Positions 9,065 through 18,493 of a stretch of DNA of 64,000 bases are shown here, piece by piece. The notes beneath the pieces were generated by a model, which saw only the letters and a program-made list of their open reading frames with translations, ran no database searches and was not told where the DNA came from. The first letter of the stretch is position 1; every line of letters starts with the position of its first letter. Position numbers and translations under genes: made by a program. This DNA is from an uncultured virus (IMG/VR IMGVR_UViG_3300009104_000005) (lineage: Duplodnaviria; Heunggongvirae; Uroviricota; Caudoviricetes), in the IMG/VR virus record IMGVR_UViG_3300009104_000005. The stretch is one strand, 5' to 3'.

Positions 9065-9157
9065 TCATTTCTTCACCCCTGTCTCACCCTTCTTCTTGGG
9101 CTTGGCACCAATGGAGATGACCATTACCATCTTAGGTTTGTGCTTGTGTTCGGGCAT
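9065..9157 (-). CDS. 30-aa Lys-rich peptide (MPEHKHKPKMVMVISIGAKPKKKGETGVKK)
   Basis: Manual translation. ATG lies 1 nt after the upstream stop, with a GAGGAG RBS. Confidence 0.4.
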   Translation of the reverse strand: MPEHKHKPKMVMVISIGAKPKKKGETGVKK

Positions 9158-9158
9158 A

Positions 9159-9320
9159 CTATCTCCTCGCCTTCTGCCAGAGTGATAGGCACTCAGGACA
9201 CTCCCATATTAGTATTCTCTCTGATTTGTCGTTGATGTAGCGTCCTTCGATACGCTTCGCTAGTACGAACTCACCACAGCCAGGACACTCCTGGCTCAGT
9301 CGCTGTACTAGTTCTCCCAT
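9159..9320 (-). CDS. 53-aa zinc-ribbon protein (CPGC...CPEC)
   Basis: Manual translation MGELVQRLSQECPGCGEFVLAKRIEGRYINDKSERILIWECPECLSLWQKARR; TGATG coupling with the upstream gene. Confidence 0.72.
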   Translation of the reverse strand: MGELVQRLSQECPGCGEFVLAKRIEGRYINDKSERILIWECPECLSLWQKARR

Positions 9321-9682
9321 CAACAATCAGTCCCATCAGTAAAGCCATCTTGCTCCTTTAAGTGGAGATAAGACTGCTTGACTAGATTGTACTGATTCTT
9401 GGAGCCAGCCGTATTCAACTCAAACACCCCGTTGAATCCACCTACAGGCGATGCCCCATCTGCGTAAGCATCATCGCTTGCAAAAATCTTCCCGCTGTAA
9501 TGTACATCGAAGACTGTGGTTGTGACAGTCTCCCCATCGACTTCCTCCTCGTTGACTTCCTTACTCACCCTAACCTCTTTGATGATGCAATGTGCATAGT
9601 TACAATCTATTCCGTAGTTCGTCTCGTATTCTATTCTCAGTGCCATTTCGTATTCACCCCCTCTTCCAGTTAATTTCCCCAA
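9320..9682 (-). CDS. Hypothetical tail-fibre-associated protein
   Basis: MAL...Y.RI...Y.HLK...F....DC pattern seen in small genes downstream of phage fibres. Start probably at MALRIEY (about 9646, GGGGTGA RBS). Confidence 0.6.
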   Translation of the reverse strand: MGKLTGRGGEYEMALRIEYETNYGIDCNYAHCIIKEVRVSKEVNEEEVDGETVTTTVFDVHYSGKIFASDDAYADGASPVGGFNGVFELNTAGSKNQYNLVKQSYLHLKEQDGFTDGTDC

Positions 9683-10215
9683 AACCCTATGTTATCAGTA
9701 TATTGGGAGTATCTATCTGTGATAAGTGTTCTGTATTCAGCCATTGAGAGTGAGTTATCAGTCAGCCAACTGTCACCCCATACTGTGTCGAATGAACTAC
9801 CTTCAGGTGGGTTCCATGTCTCAAAGTCTGCTACCACTAGAGAGAAGGTGTCATCCTTAGTGCAGTCGTCCCACACCAAGTCCACCACATCTTGTTCCAG
9901 TTCTATGATGGTCACAGATGTTACATCTGGGTTGTCAATCAGGGGTTGGTGACACATTCCGAGACCTAGACCACCTATCAGGACATCACCAGTAGCATTG
10001 TCCCATAGCCATTGATGCTCGTTGTATTCAGCCTCAGAGTCCTGCATGATAGGCATAGGACAATTTGCCTTGAGTAGAACTGTGTGGGAATCGTGAGTCT
10101 CGTTTTTCATGTCGAGATATACCTGCCACATCTTATCAGTTGTCTCATCTGTATAGTGAGCGACCTCATAATCACCTGAAGTTCCTTCAGGAATATTAAC
10201 TTCTATTCTAGTCAT
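9670..10215 (-). CDS. SAM-dependent methyltransferase, spermidine-synthase-like fold
   Basis: MQDSEAEYNEH, VLIGGLGLG (motif I), VTIIELEQDVVDLV, VADF, FDTVWGD. Confidence 0.8.
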   Translation of the reverse strand: MTRIEVNIPEGTSGDYEVAHYTDETTDKMWQVYLDMKNETHDSHTVLLKANCPMPIMQDSEAEYNEHQWLWDNATGDVLIGGLGLGMCHQPLIDNPDVTSVTIIELEQDVVDLVWDDCTKDDTFSLVVADFETWNPPEGSSFDTVWGDSWLTDNSLSMAEYRTLITDRYSQYTDNIGFWGN

Positions 10216-10219
10216 GGTA

Positions 10220-10804
10220 TCATCCTACAAACTCAAAGTCTCCTGTGATAGTTGTAGCATTAGTAGTCCCTGCACTATTTGTTGCTGACCCTGAAACTGA
10301 TATCTCAAAAGTATCACCAAGAGAAGGTGTGACAACACTTCCCCTACCACCACCATGGTTGATATTGAAGTAAGCAATACCTGTACTCCCTGTCCCATCT
10401 TGTGAAGTGAAAGTACCTACACCCCATCCTGTTCCTGCACCTGATAATGTACAGCCACCGGATAAAGACGAATTTAATGAGATGGCAGACATCGAAAAAC
10501 TTGTTGCGTTTTGTGCTCGCATATAGCATTTAATGTAAGCAGATGAACCTCCGCCCCCACCATACTCAGAATCGTAAACCTCTTTGGTGATTTCATTAGT
10601 TTGACCCAGTTTAGTATTACTACCATCAGTAGTTAGAGATTGAAAACTACTGCCAGTATCATCAGTCAAAAAGGAACCCGCGTAATTCCCTGATGAAGAA
10701 GTTGATATTGCAACATTTTCAGGGGCAGAAGAAACAACCTGATTTCCTTGTTGGGCTACTACCCCAACTGTACCTATGAAACTCATGCTCCCACCTGTAC
10801 CCAA
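10220..10804 (-). CDS. Putative distal fibre/receptor-binding protein (Ser/Gly/Thr-rich, beta-rich)
   Basis: Composition and position directly after the fibre gene. Start probably at MSFIGTVG. Confidence 0.55.
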   Translation of the reverse strand: MGTGGSMSFIGTVGVVAQQGNQVVSSAPENVAISTSSSGNYAGSFLTDDTGSSFQSLTTDGSNTKLGQTNEITKEVYDSEYGGGGGSSAYIKCYMRAQNATSFSMSAISLNSSLSGGCTLSGAGTGWGVGTFTSQDGTGSTGIAYFNINHGGGRGSVVTPSLGDTFEISVSGSATNSAGTTNATTITGDFEFVG

Positions 10805-13800
10805 TTATCCGTTGAAACACAGACATAGGATGTAGCATCATGGTCAGCCACAGCCGCGTTACCAGCCCAACCTGCTACCATTTGCCTATTACCAGTAGTA
10901 GCATCAACAGTAGCACTACTACCAGTATTATTGAAGATGGTATAATGAGTCCCTGCTACTGCACCCAGAGGCAATGTAAGGTCCCCTCCTGTCCAATACA
11001 CATACGAGCCGCTTTGTGCCTGTGTGAGCGTTGTATTTCCTGTGACTGCTACCACATCAGCCAATTGATTGAGTTTGACATTTCCATTTGAGTCACCTGT
11101 AATCCAAGTGACTCCACCATCTCCTGATGAAATTGAGAGTTGGTCGTCTGCATCAGCAGTAACATCAGCCGCACCTATTACGACATTGTTGTCCCCAGAG
11201 GTGATGTTATTCCCAGATTGGTATCCAAAAGCGATGTTGTATTCACCAGTTGTGAGAGAATCTAAAGAAGAAGCACCAACCGTTGTGTTTAATTTTGCAC
11301 TGGTCATGGAAGTGCATTTCATAGCCCTCCAACCAATTGCTACATTGTACCCAGAATCTGTAGTTGTATTAGAACCACCATACCCTGTTTCCTCTCCCAT
11401 GTACACATTTCTAGTTCCCGGTGCGTAAAATCCAGAGTGTGCCCCAATAAGGGTGTTTGAAACCCCCATTCCTGTTGAATATCCTGCGCCGAAACCAATA
11501 GCAACACAATTAGTATCACCCGCAGTACGAACCCCTCTTACGCCTGCATACCTACCGATGAAAACATTTTGACTGGCAGCAGTGGACTCTTGAGTGAAGA
11601 ACTTACCTGCACTACCACCAATGATAACATTCTCGTTTCCAGTTGCATCTTTACCTGCTGATTCACCTATAATCACTGAGGCCCCTAACTCACCAGTGGG
11701 GTTCACTGCTGCCTCCCAACCAATTACCACTGATTCTGTTGTGCTTTCCAATGCATAGCCTGCCTTGTGGCCCATTGCTACATTGCTATGACCAGAAGTT
11801 ATACTCTCAAGAGCGTAATTTCCAAGCGCTACATTTCTATCGCCAGTAACAGCACCAGTGAGCGCATCATAACCAATGGCGATGTTATCGTCTTCGTCTG
11901 TAGCGCCATCTAAAGCATTGTTTCCTATCGCTATGTTTCTTAGTCCCGAAGTCAATGAGTTCATAACTTGGTAGCCCATCCCTACATTGTCATTTCCTGT
12001 TGTTCCTGCTCTTGCTCCCCAACCAATGCCTATATTTCTGTCTCCTTCTGTTATCACAGTTCCAGCATCTTTGCCTATGAAAACGCATTCTTGTGCATTT
12101 GTAGCATTACTCATAGCCCTCCAACCAATTGCTACATTCTGTCCACCTGCGGTGCTTGCGGTAGCCAATGCTTCCGAACCGATAATGACACTATAATCCA
12201 CCCCTCCTGTAGTAGCCGCAGGTGCGGCATTATATCCGATAACTACTGCTCTTTCGGCTGTTGTAAGAGCAGTAGCAGCATCTTTACCTATTGCTACTAC
12301 TTTGTCTGCTGTAGTAATAGCATCTAAAGCACCTACACCAACAGCCACATTGTATTGCGCTGTGTCTGTTGAAGCGGTTGGGGATGACCCAAGCCAAATC
12401 GAATCATTCTCTTTGAGTGCATCTGATAAACCATCAATATCAGAAGCACCACCACCACCTGCTGCTTCTAAACTAATTTGACCGTCTGAATGGTCGTAGG
12501 TTAGAACATAATTGTCTACATTTCCATCTACTGTTTGGTCTGCGTCAAACTCAAAGTTACCAAGAGATACATGACCGGAAGAATCTCCGGTAATCCATGT
12601 GGGACTCCCATCTCCTGATGAAATCACTAATTGGTCATCACCCGAAGCAGCAGGATATGCACCACCGATAATCACATTGTTACTATTTGAATTGGTATGA
12701 ACGCGAGATTGGTAGCCAATGGTGATATTTTTATCTCCTGTAGTAAGAGTGCCACCAGCCTGATATCCTATCCCTATGTTGTTATCTCCTGAAGTCAAAG
12801 CGGGGAAGGAATTGTAGCCGCTTGCAACATTCCCTGCTCCTGTCATAACGCTTCCAGAAGTATGTCCTACTAATGTATTGGCATGACCAAAATCTCCCGA
12901 CCCACCTGCTGACGCACCAATAACTACAGAATTATTACTCGCAGTAACTACATCTGCCGCTTTATCTCCAATGAAAACATTGTTATAACCTGTGGTAAGT
13001 AATTCACCAGCCTCATATCCAACGGCTACATTATTCCCACCACTCGTTAGTGTTTCAAGAGAATAATTTCCGAGGGCGACATTTCCCTCGCCTGTTACTA
13101 CAGCAGCCATAGCAGCATAACCAATTGCCATGTTGTTGCTCGCGGTCTGTCCACCAAGATACGCCTGATGCCCAATTGCTATATTTGCTGTTCCGGTAGT
13201 ATTTGCTTTACCTGCTTCGTAACCCAATGCAACATTGCGGTGAGCAGTTGTGTTAGCGTAGAGTGCGTTAGCACCTACGGCCGTATTGTATTGTCCAGAT
13301 GTAGTACCCCAAAGTGCTTCCTTCCCTATACCTACATTACTCCCACCACTATCATTTAGACTCCCTCCCGCAGCATAACCTACGAATACATTGTAGTCAG
13401 CAGTATTTGATGCATCGAAGGCCCAACTTCCTATTGCTACATTTCCACTACCAGTAGCACCATACGCTGCATTTCTTCCAATGGCTATGGTGTCGCCATT
13501 AGTCGCAAGAGAATAACCCGCACTTGCTCCCAAAAGAACATTGTTACTACTTGTGCTTATTTGTTGCCCTGCACTTTGACCTATTGCTATTGAATAAGTA
13601 GCACTTGTAGCACCAAGCATAGCATTATTGCCTAAAGCGATGTTGTATGCTCCGCCTTGATTTGTTCCACCTAATGCCGCTTCACCAATACCAATTAAGC
13701 CATTTTCAGTATTGAAACCATCTCCGGCTTGATAACCTATGAATATATTTTTATCACCCTCAGTTATTGATTTGCCAGCGTCATATCCTATTGAGATGTT

Positions 13801-14988
13801 GTATGTCCCATCTGTTAAAGCACTAAGAACATCTTTGCCTATACCTAAGTTTCCTGTTGCGCTACTGAGAGTCCCATGTGGAGGGGCTGCCCCATCCGGG
13901 GATATGAGAATGCTGTCTGTGAAATCTGTAATGTTGCTGATTACATCTGTTAAGCCATTGAGAGCAGAAGCACCACCAACTGCTGAACCTGCAACAGTTA
14001 GAGAACCGGGGATATTCACAACACCTGCTGAACTACCTTCAATCCAAGTTACTCCACCATTACCAGATGAAATTTTTAATTGACTATTACCTGTCGCACT
14101 TCCAGCATCTGCTCCGCCAATCATTACATTGTGTGAACCACTAGTGATATTGTCGCCAGCACCAGACCCAATAGCAATGTTGGTAGAACCAGAATTAATA
14201 TTGATACCTGCATTAGTACCAACTGCAGTATTAGATGAGCCCGATGTTACTTCTTGACCAGCGGCTTTACCAAACATTGTGTTGTTTGCGCCATCTATCA
14301 GATTCTTACCTGCTACATATCCTACTGATGTATTGTAGGTCCCTGAAGTCAACGCAGCGTAAGTGTCCTTACCAATACCTGTGTTACCTGTAGCACTAGA
14401 CAGAGTACCATGCGATGGTGCTCCTGTATCAGTATCAGGCTGTATCAGAAGACCATCTGTAAAGTTGGTACCATCCATCAATACATCGCCTAACGCTCCC
14501 AAATCAGAAGCACCACCACCACCTGATACATTGGCTGGTGTGAAAGTAAGAACTCCTGTGGCTGTATCTATGGATAGTGAACCATTACCACTAGCACTCG
14601 CTGTCGAGACAGATAGACCACTAAGTTTGTTCTCTGCTTGGTCGTAACTTCTCCAGTATAACCCACCACCCGCTTTGGTGTAGAGTAAACCCTTACCATC
14701 AGCAGGTTGGGAAGGAGTTGCACCCTCAAGAGATAGCCCTAGTCTACCATGGACATCTACTTTAGAACCAGTCATTGGGTCAGTACCTGAGCCTATTGAT
14801 AGTCCTCTACCACCAGCCTCAAATCTACCATACTCTGTACCTCCCGCTAAGATGATTAAATCTCCGCCTATGTCTAATGAAAAATTACCATTAGATGAAG
14901 TGGTTAACTTCTGACCAGGATTGATGGTAATATCACCATCGGTAATCGTCAATCCTTTCTTTATCTTGAAGTCCTTTTCTGTTGCCAA
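10783..14988 (-). CDS. Tail fibre/adhesin-like protein with beta-roll (NxAxGxxA) repeats
   Basis: N-terminal DFKIKKGL; dozens of N(I/V)A(I/L/V)GxxA repeats arranged in three modules. Confidence 0.8.
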   Translation of the reverse strand: MATEKDFKIKKGLTITDGDITINPGQKLTTSSNGNFSLDIGGDLIILAGGTEYGRFEAGGRGLSIGSGTDPMTGSKVDVHGRLGLSLEGATPSQPADGKGLLYTKAGGGLYWRSYDQAENKLSGLSVSTASASGNGSLSIDTATGVLTFTPANVSGGGGASDLGALGDVLMDGTNFTDGLLIQPDTDTGAPSHGTLSSATGNTGIGKDTYAALTSGTYNTSVGYVAGKNLIDGANNTMFGKAAGQEVTSGSSNTAVGTNAGININSGSTNIAIGSGAGDNITSGSHNVMIGGADAGSATGNSQLKISSGNGGVTWIEGSSAGVVNIPGSLTVAGSAVGGASALNGLTDVISNITDFTDSILISPDGAAPPHGTLSSATGNLGIGKDVLSALTDGTYNISIGYDAGKSITEGDKNIFIGYQAGDGFNTENGLIGIGEAALGGTNQGGAYNIALGNNAMLGATSATYSIAIGQSAGQQISTSSNNVLLGASAGYSLATNGDTIAIGRNAAYGATGSGNVAIGSWAFDASNTADYNVFVGYAAGGSLNDSGGSNVGIGKEALWGTTSGQYNTAVGANALYANTTAHRNVALGYEAGKANTTGTANIAIGHQAYLGGQTASNNMAIGYAAMAAVVTGEGNVALGNYSLETLTSGGNNVAVGYEAGELLTTGYNNVFIGDKAADVVTASNNSVVIGASAGGSGDFGHANTLVGHTSGSVMTGAGNVASGYNSFPALTSGDNNIGIGYQAGGTLTTGDKNITIGYQSRVHTNSNSNNVIIGGAYPAASGDDQLVISSGDGSPTWITGDSSGHVSLGNFEFDADQTVDGNVDNYVLTYDHSDGQISLEAAGGGGASDIDGLSDALKENDSIWLGSSPTASTDTAQYNVAVGVGALDAITTADKVVAIGKDAATALTTAERAVVIGYNAAPAATTGGVDYSVIIGSEALATASTAGGQNVAIGWRAMSNATNAQECVFIGKDAGTVITEGDRNIGIGWGARAGTTGNDNVGMGYQVMNSLTSGLRNIAIGNNALDGATDEDDNIAIGYDALTGAVTGDRNVALGNYALESITSGHSNVAMGHKAGYALESTTESVVIGWEAAVNPTGELGASVIIGESAGKDATGNENVIIGGSAGKFFTQESTAASQNVFIGRYAGVRGVRTAGDTNCVAIGFGAGYSTGMGVSNTLIGAHSGFYAPGTRNVYMGEETGYGGSNTTTDSGYNVAIGWRAMKCTSMTSAKLNTTVGASSLDSLTTGEYNIAFGYQSGNNITSGDNNVVIGAADVTADADDQLSISSGDGGVTWITGDSNGNVKLNQLADVVAVTGNTTLTQAQSGSYVYWTGGDLTLPLGAVAGTHYTIFNNTGSSATVDATTGNRQMVAGWAGNAAVADHDATSYVCVSTDNWVQVGA

Positions 14989-15013
14989 TCTATCACCATG
15001 ATTTCACTGTCCA

Positions 15014-18000
15014 TCATATTACGAATTGAGTTATTTGTGCCCTGACATAGGTACTTGTGGTACTAGCAGGTGCTACTTTAATTTTGGTGGAAGTACCATC
15101 CTTCACAGCAGTAACTGTAGCCAGGGCGGCACCACCAGTCTCTACTATAGCATACTCTGTCATGAAGAGGTCATCACTGTCGGTAGTTGGGCCATCATCA
15201 CCCCTAGTGGTTATGAGATACTCGGCTATTGACCTGTCATAGGGAGAGGCGGCTTTGTACACACTCACTATAACCTTGAAAGCACTGTAAGCAGAAGAAG
15301 TTATGTCGAACATGGTCACAGCACTTTCTGAAGTAAGGCTACCAGATTTGTAGTAGTCCATGAGGACAGTACTGTCCATGCTTAGACCAGTACCTACTAT
15401 TGGCCCACCAGTCAGAGTACCAGTGGTGCTGATAGCACCTGAGCCTACATCTATTGAAGTGAAATTAGATGTAATCGAACCAGCATCTAGAGCACCTACA
15501 GTGGTCAAGTTAGCCGTTGTAGTGATTGAGGCCTGGCTAGCAGTGAGAACTGACCCTGTCAAATTACCTGTTACATTACCTGTTACATTACCTGTTCCTG
15601 TCCCAGCCCATGTTAACCCATCAGATACTGTCCACTCACCAGTAGTGTATTTAATTGAATGCAAAGATGTTCCGGGTGCAAAGATACCAGCACCATCAGC
15701 AGTAGCCTCAGTCACATTAGCAGAAGAGTGTTGCATAGTAGCACCAGCGCTAACTGCCCCTGAAGTACCGTGACCATCCAATACGAATGTGTGAGTAGTC
15801 GGACTGCTTATCTGATATACTCCGTCTGAAATGCTGTTACCCATGTTTGAAACATACACATATTCATTATCAGCGATACCGTGAGTGGTTGATGTAACAG
15901 TAACCGCACCGCCGCTTGTTCGTGCATATGTTGCATCTTCCATTCCACCAGCAATACCGAGAACTATCGTTTTGTCTTCAGCAACTACTGCTGTAGTATT
16001 GAGTACTGTTTGGTCTCCGCTTACAGTGAGATTCCCATCTACTACAAGTTCTCCCTCAACTCTTGTTGTGGATTCTGCTTGAGTTGCGTGAGGAGTTAGT
16101 GTGAGTTGTGATACGAAAGTCCCTGCGGAGGCTATGTCGTTACCAATTGTGAGTGAACCTCCATCGCCAACACTAACCTTCCACTCATCAGCAGCGTCGT
16201 CACCTTGGTCTGCTTTCAGATATAGGTTGCCAGCAGCATTTTCAGTACCTTGGATTGTCACATCACCCTCAAATTTGCTTGCACCGACAACATCGAGTGG
16301 AACTGTTGGGGTTACAGTACCAACACCGACTCTACCAGAACGGAAGATGGCTGCATAGTTGGCGTCTGCACCACTTGCAGATACATCAAGTCCTATGGCT
16401 GTGGATGTCCCAGAGGCTGCACCGACAGCATCAATATCTATTCCTGTCAAGGACGATATACCTAGACTGGCTGAAGTTACATCCACATCAATACCTATAT
16501 CATTGTGTGCTGCAGTTCCCGAATTCGCAACCGTCCTATCGAAATCGACATGAACCGCAGTTAGGTTCTCTGCTGAGTTTCCAGAGGTATCTGTGTTCAC
16601 AACAAGCGATTTCCCATCGAATGTTAGGCCTGCAGAAGAGTCTACACTTCCCCCACCTGTACTACTGTATGTTACAACCGTGTTATCAGTACTGTCCGTG
16701 TTAGTAGATGTGCTGATAGCCGCAGAGGTGAGACCAGCAGGGACCCATCTTGAGTTACTGTTGTCCCAAGAGAGGAAATCTCCTGATGAAGGGTTGGTAC
16801 TACCAATTCTCAGAATATGACCATTGTGGTCCATTGCAAAGCCTGTCTTAGCAGTAGAAAACTCTGTCTGTGTGGGCGCAGCAGTAGTTGTGTTACCTGT
16901 AACTGTTCTACCAACACCTATTTCGTAAATCGGGTTAGGCAGGGTTCCGGTATCAGCATTGACATTGAGACCAGCACGCCAAGAATACTCATCTAAATCA
17001 TAGAATACCATTCTATCTGAATCCATATCCCCTGCACTCGAACTGTATCCATCGTCCCCAATGTACAGAGCCACAACTTCTCCAGCGCCACCATTCCAAC
17101 TACCGTGACGCTTAGGACGAATCTGCAATGTCCTGTTTCGTACTTGGACTATCTCATCATTCTCATCACCAGCAGTCGCTGTCGAGAGTACTATATCCCC
17201 AGTGTGATTGCCCTTTACCTCAATGCCACCAGCGAAACTGTTGTTGCTAGAGCCACTGGTCGTAGCAGGGGCTGACTGAATGGTTACACTCCCACCAACA
17301 CCAGTACCTTTACCTCTACCCCCTTGTAGTATTAGTCCACCACCGGCTATATTGTTAGTAGTCCCAGAATCTGGAGAACCAGCAGCGATGGTCATACTCT
17401 TTCCCGCTGTATCATGTGCAGTATCTGCTATGTCCATATTGGCATTTCCGCTATTGCCGAAATTAATATCTCCACCATTCACAGTTATATCCCTATCAAC
17501 AGTAAGATTATCACCTAAGAAGGTCTCACCTGTTGCTACATTCAATGCGTATGAATTAGTGAGTGTCTGATTATTACCTGCTGCGGGAGCACCACCAATT
17601 TTCAAAGTGGATGCTGTGGTTGTAGTAATACTACTATTACTGGCTGCTAAAGTTGGGATATCTATAGTCACTGCATTGAAAGCACTGACAGTTCCACTCG
17701 CATTAGTAGTAGCATCAGTGAGTGTCACTGCATCAATGTGAAGTAAATGCCCATCAGCACCAGGTGCACTGTTAGCATTCAACTTGTCCAAAGTCAACTT
17801 GTCACTGAAGTCAGCAGCACCATTCATGTCTAGAGAGGTACCAGTCAAGGCAGTGAATGTCCCAGCAGCCGCCGAAGCAGCACCTATGGTTGTGCCATCT
17901 ATTGCACCGCTGTCTATATCCACATTCGTGGAATTGTAGTTACTATGGTCCACATCCCCAGCGAGGGTACCAAGAACAGATGTAGTTGCAGTTAGCGTAG

Positions 18001-18478
18001 TGAATGTCCCAGCGGCAGCAGTGGTGCCACCAATTGCTCCGGGTGCAGCGAATGTTGCACCACCGAGGGAAGAAGCATTGAGGTTAGCCACATTCGCTGT
18101 AGATGCCACTGTGAAAGGAGGGCCAGTACCAGTCGTTATGTCAGATGTGAAAGACAGTGCTGTGAGACCATGAGAGCCTATGTCTAGGTCCCCACCAGCA
18201 GTGAAGGTAGTGACACCAGCACCACCTATGACTATCTTGCTACTGGGTGAATTTGTACCAGTACCACTGGAACCAGCAGTAGTTGTTTTCAGTGTAATTG
18301 AAGTAGACTCATCACCAGTAGTGCCACCTGAACTTATTGTAAGGTTCTTGCCTGCTGAATTTGTACCAGCAGCAGCAGCATCTATTCTGATATCAGCATG
18401 TTGTGCATTGCTGAAATTGATGTCTCCACCTTGTACTTGTAACCCTTTCTTAACCTTAAAATCTGATGCACTTGCCAT
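15014..18478 (-). CDS. Tail fibre-like structural protein
   Basis: N-terminal DFKVKKGL; G/T/A/S-rich repeats (AAAGTFT x2, GNVTGNVTGNLTG); fibre-type C-terminal domain. Confidence 0.78.
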   Translation of the reverse strand: MASASDFKVKKGLQVQGGDINFSNAQHADIRIDAAAAGTNSAGKNLTISSGGTTGDESTSITLKTTTAGSSGTGTNSPSSKIVIGGAGVTTFTAGGDLDIGSHGLTALSFTSDITTGTGPPFTVASTANVANLNASSLGGATFAAPGAIGGTTAAAGTFTTLTATTSVLGTLAGDVDHSNYNSTNVDIDSGAIDGTTIGAASAAAGTFTALTGTSLDMNGAADFSDKLTLDKLNANSAPGADGHLLHIDAVTLTDATTNASGTVSAFNAVTIDIPTLAASNSSITTTTASTLKIGGAPAAGNNQTLTNSYALNVATGETFLGDNLTVDRDITVNGGDINFGNSGNANMDIADTAHDTAGKSMTIAAGSPDSGTTNNIAGGGLILQGGRGKGTGVGGSVTIQSAPATTSGSSNNSFAGGIEVKGNHTGDIVLSTATAGDENDEIVQVRNRTLQIRPKRHGSWNGGAGEVVALYIGDDGYSSSAGDMDSDRMVFYDLDEYSWRAGLNVNADTGTLPNPIYEIGVGRTVTGNTTTAAPTQTEFSTAKTGFAMDHNGHILRIGSTNPSSGDFLSWDNSNSRWVPAGLTSAAISTSTNTDSTDNTVVTYSSTGGGSVDSSAGLTFDGKSLVVNTDTSGNSAENLTAVHVDFDRTVANSGTAAHNDIGIDVDVTSASLGISSLTGIDIDAVGAASGTSTAIGLDVSASGADANYAAIFRSGRVGVGTVTPTVPLDVVGASKFEGDVTIQGTENAAGNLYLKADQGDDAADEWKVSVGDGGSLTIGNDIASAGTFVSQLTLTPHATQAESTTRVEGELVVDGNLTVSGDQTVLNTTAVVAEDKTIVLGIAGGMEDATYARTSGGAVTVTSTTHGIADNEYVYVSNMGNSISDGVYQISSPTTHTFVLDGHGTSGAVSAGATMQHSSANVTEATADGAGIFAPGTSLHSIKYTTGEWTVSDGLTWAGTGTGNVTGNVTGNLTGSVLTASQASITTTANLTTVGALDAGSITSNFTSIDVGSGAISTTGTLTGGPIVGTGLSMDSTVLMDYYKSGSLTSESAVTMFDITSSAYSAFKVIVSVYKAASPYDRSIAEYLITTRGDDGPTTDSDDLFMTEYAIVETGGAALATVTAVKDGTSTKIKVAPASTTSTYVRAQITQFVI

Positions 18479-18493
18479 TGTTCCTACCTCTTA

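Noticed and set aside
10783..14988. Diversity-generating retroelement acting on the fibre gene
   Set aside because: No reverse transcriptase in the window, and the repeats do not look like an adenine-specific TR/VR pair.
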